Below, in pieces: positions 62,526 to 64,000 of a stretch of 64,000 nt of DNA. The notes beneath the pieces were generated by a model. That model was not told where the DNA came from and searched no databases. It saw nothing but the letters and a program-made list of their open reading frames with translations. The DNA comes from Nageia nagi (taxonomy: Eukaryota; Plantae; Pinophyta), in the NCBI GenBank assembly GCA_050084985.1, contig JBITNC010000001.1, forward strand, positions 124,434,001-124,498,000. The letters run 5' to 3'. How positions within the stretch are numbered: the first letter of the stretch is position 1; every line of letters begins with the position of its first letter. The position numbers were made by a program, and so were the translations under genes.

Positions 62526-62596
62526 CTAAGAAGCGTTGACCCCAGCTGCTGAGAGCAAGGTTATGAGCTCTCCATTTTGATGCAATTCCATTGTAT
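62526..62596 (-). CDS. GRXS12: Final coding exon of a plastid-type class I glutaredoxin (GRXS12/GRXC5 family)
   Basis: Acceptor TTAG, then (G)AT ACA ATG GAA TTG CAT CAA AAT GGA GAG CTC... = DTMELHQNGELITLLSAAGVNAS*. Phase-compatible with the upstream micro-exon. S12 versus C5 cannot be decided without the active-site exon. Confidence 0.85.
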
Positions 62597-62904
62597 CTAA
62601 GCACCAACATAAAATCATAAACAGGAAATGATATATGATTTAGATAAATAATTAATATAACTCAAAAATACAAAATTGATAAAATAAAAGTGATGGTGTA
62701 AAAAGCAACAAGATAGCACAAAACAGAATTGAACACGCAGAAACAGTAGTGAGATGAACAATGAAAATGCTGGAAATCTGAAACTTCAGTTCTAACCAAC
62801 AAGCTATTGTGGAAAAAGATTATAAAATTAACTTTCTTGAAAGCATCATTTAGCATGTATAATGCAAACTTATCAAAGTTCAAAAACAGGAAATTAAAAC
62901 TTAC

Positions 62905-62931
62905 CACTGCAACCTCCAATATGTTTTCCAC
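62905..62931 (-). CDS. GRXS12: 27-nt micro-exon of the same glutaredoxin (GGKHIGGCS-D)
   Basis: ATAG|GTGGAAAACATATTGGAGGTTGCAGTG|GTAAG. The spliced product GGKHIGGCSDT matches the GG motif region of GRXS12/C5. No upstream exons are recognisable in 63000-64000. Confidence 0.88.
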
Positions 62932-63878
62932 CTATTACAAGAAACAAGGATTAGAATCTCAATGTGTCTTGGAGTTTATTGATCAGAAACACTTTAGTAG
63001 ATATATTATTCTAAATAAAAGCAATCCCTCCATTACAAGGCAACAAGTTTCAAGATAGCTTAACATTACTATAGAACACTACATGAAATGCTCAAACAAA
63101 CAATCCTCTGCTCAGTCATAAAGAAAGAACATGCAAACATAATAGTAACTTCTTCATTGATATAAATCATAATATCTAGAGAAATAAGAGACAAATCAAG
63201 AAAACATGTGAAAGAACTCTAAAATGCACAAAATTTACATAGTGAAGTGGCATATCAAAACAACACTGATTTAAACCCACAAGAGAAGTTGCATATTTCA
63301 GCAAGAACTTAAGCCCTCTTCTGTTATTGGCTTGTCAGCAATATATTTACTCTTATCTCGGGGGTGTTCCAGAATACAGTGAGGCAGTTTCACACATACA
63401 TTTGAAAAGGAACATGTCCACATATTTGAGAAATGAAACTTCTTCACTGGAGCCCATGAAAGCTTTTCCAGAGAGCCATGGATCAGAGATTGACTTCAAT
63501 AGACAAAAAATATTCGATTAAAGAGGAACAAAATCCTCCAATAAATTTGAATATTTATTTGCTAAGTAACTATTTTAAGGACAAACAGACTAGCTCAAGC
63601 TTTGTGGGGTTTTGACCTTGCAGAATCTTCTCATACATAGAACACAAGCTTTGGGACTTTCAGTATCCCCTTACAAGGGAATAGTTTCTTCAAATCAGAT
63701 GGGAAAAAATCATGGAGCACCATGATTGTAAATAAGAGTAGCCTTTTCATTAGTGCTGGGTTGGATGCTCAGATCTTACAGAAGAATTTAGCTAATGTTC
63801 AAGTTTGATTAAACTTTCTTGATTATGAAATCATATAGTAAAAACCATAGTTTATTGATTTGGATTCGGAAAACAAAT

Positions 63879-64000
63879 CAGCTAGGGGCCAAATTTTAAT
63901 TTTTGGGAAAAATTCAGGAAAAATACGGGAAATTCAGGCAAAAGACGCCAAAAATACTATAGAAGGCAAGAACTTTTAAAATTCGGTAAAATTCGAGGGC
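63879..64000. mobile_element. Start of a possible intronic hAT-type MITE
   Basis: TAGGGG start, repeated AAATTC(A/G)G subterminal-like motifs and retained CpGs; truncated by the window edge. Confidence 0.3.

Noticed and set aside
62662-63521. ORFs 62662-62931, 62807-63058 and 63327-63521
   Set aside because: They lie in glutaredoxin introns; only the 27-nt micro-exon is supported by splice sites and homology.

Overview
AT-rich, strongly CpG-depleted eukaryotic DNA that reads as large-genome land-plant sequence (gymnosperm-like, inferred from the retroelement and PPR types). About 61 kb is a nested set of old, decayed transposons. The LTR retroelements are a full-length Ogre/Tat Gypsy (11084-19530; CTATT TSD, Trp-like PBS, G-patch, RT-RH-aRH-INT), an internally deleted Tnt1-like Copia (24034-28016), and several non-autonomous or solo LTR elements. 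There are also LINE tails and two CACTA elements, one carrying captured PPR gene fragments. The most unusual unit is a ~9.3 kb TIR element (~37600-46920) with a hAT (ZNF862-like) transposase facing a multi-exon plant-mobile-domain-like gene, with arrays of a TCGACATGG motif. A ~1 kb non-autonomous relative sits at 60279-61277. The only host gene is at the right end: the last two exons of a plastid-type class I glutaredoxin (GRXS12/GRXC5 family) on the minus strand, including a 27-nt micro-exon. All assignments were made by eye, without database searches.
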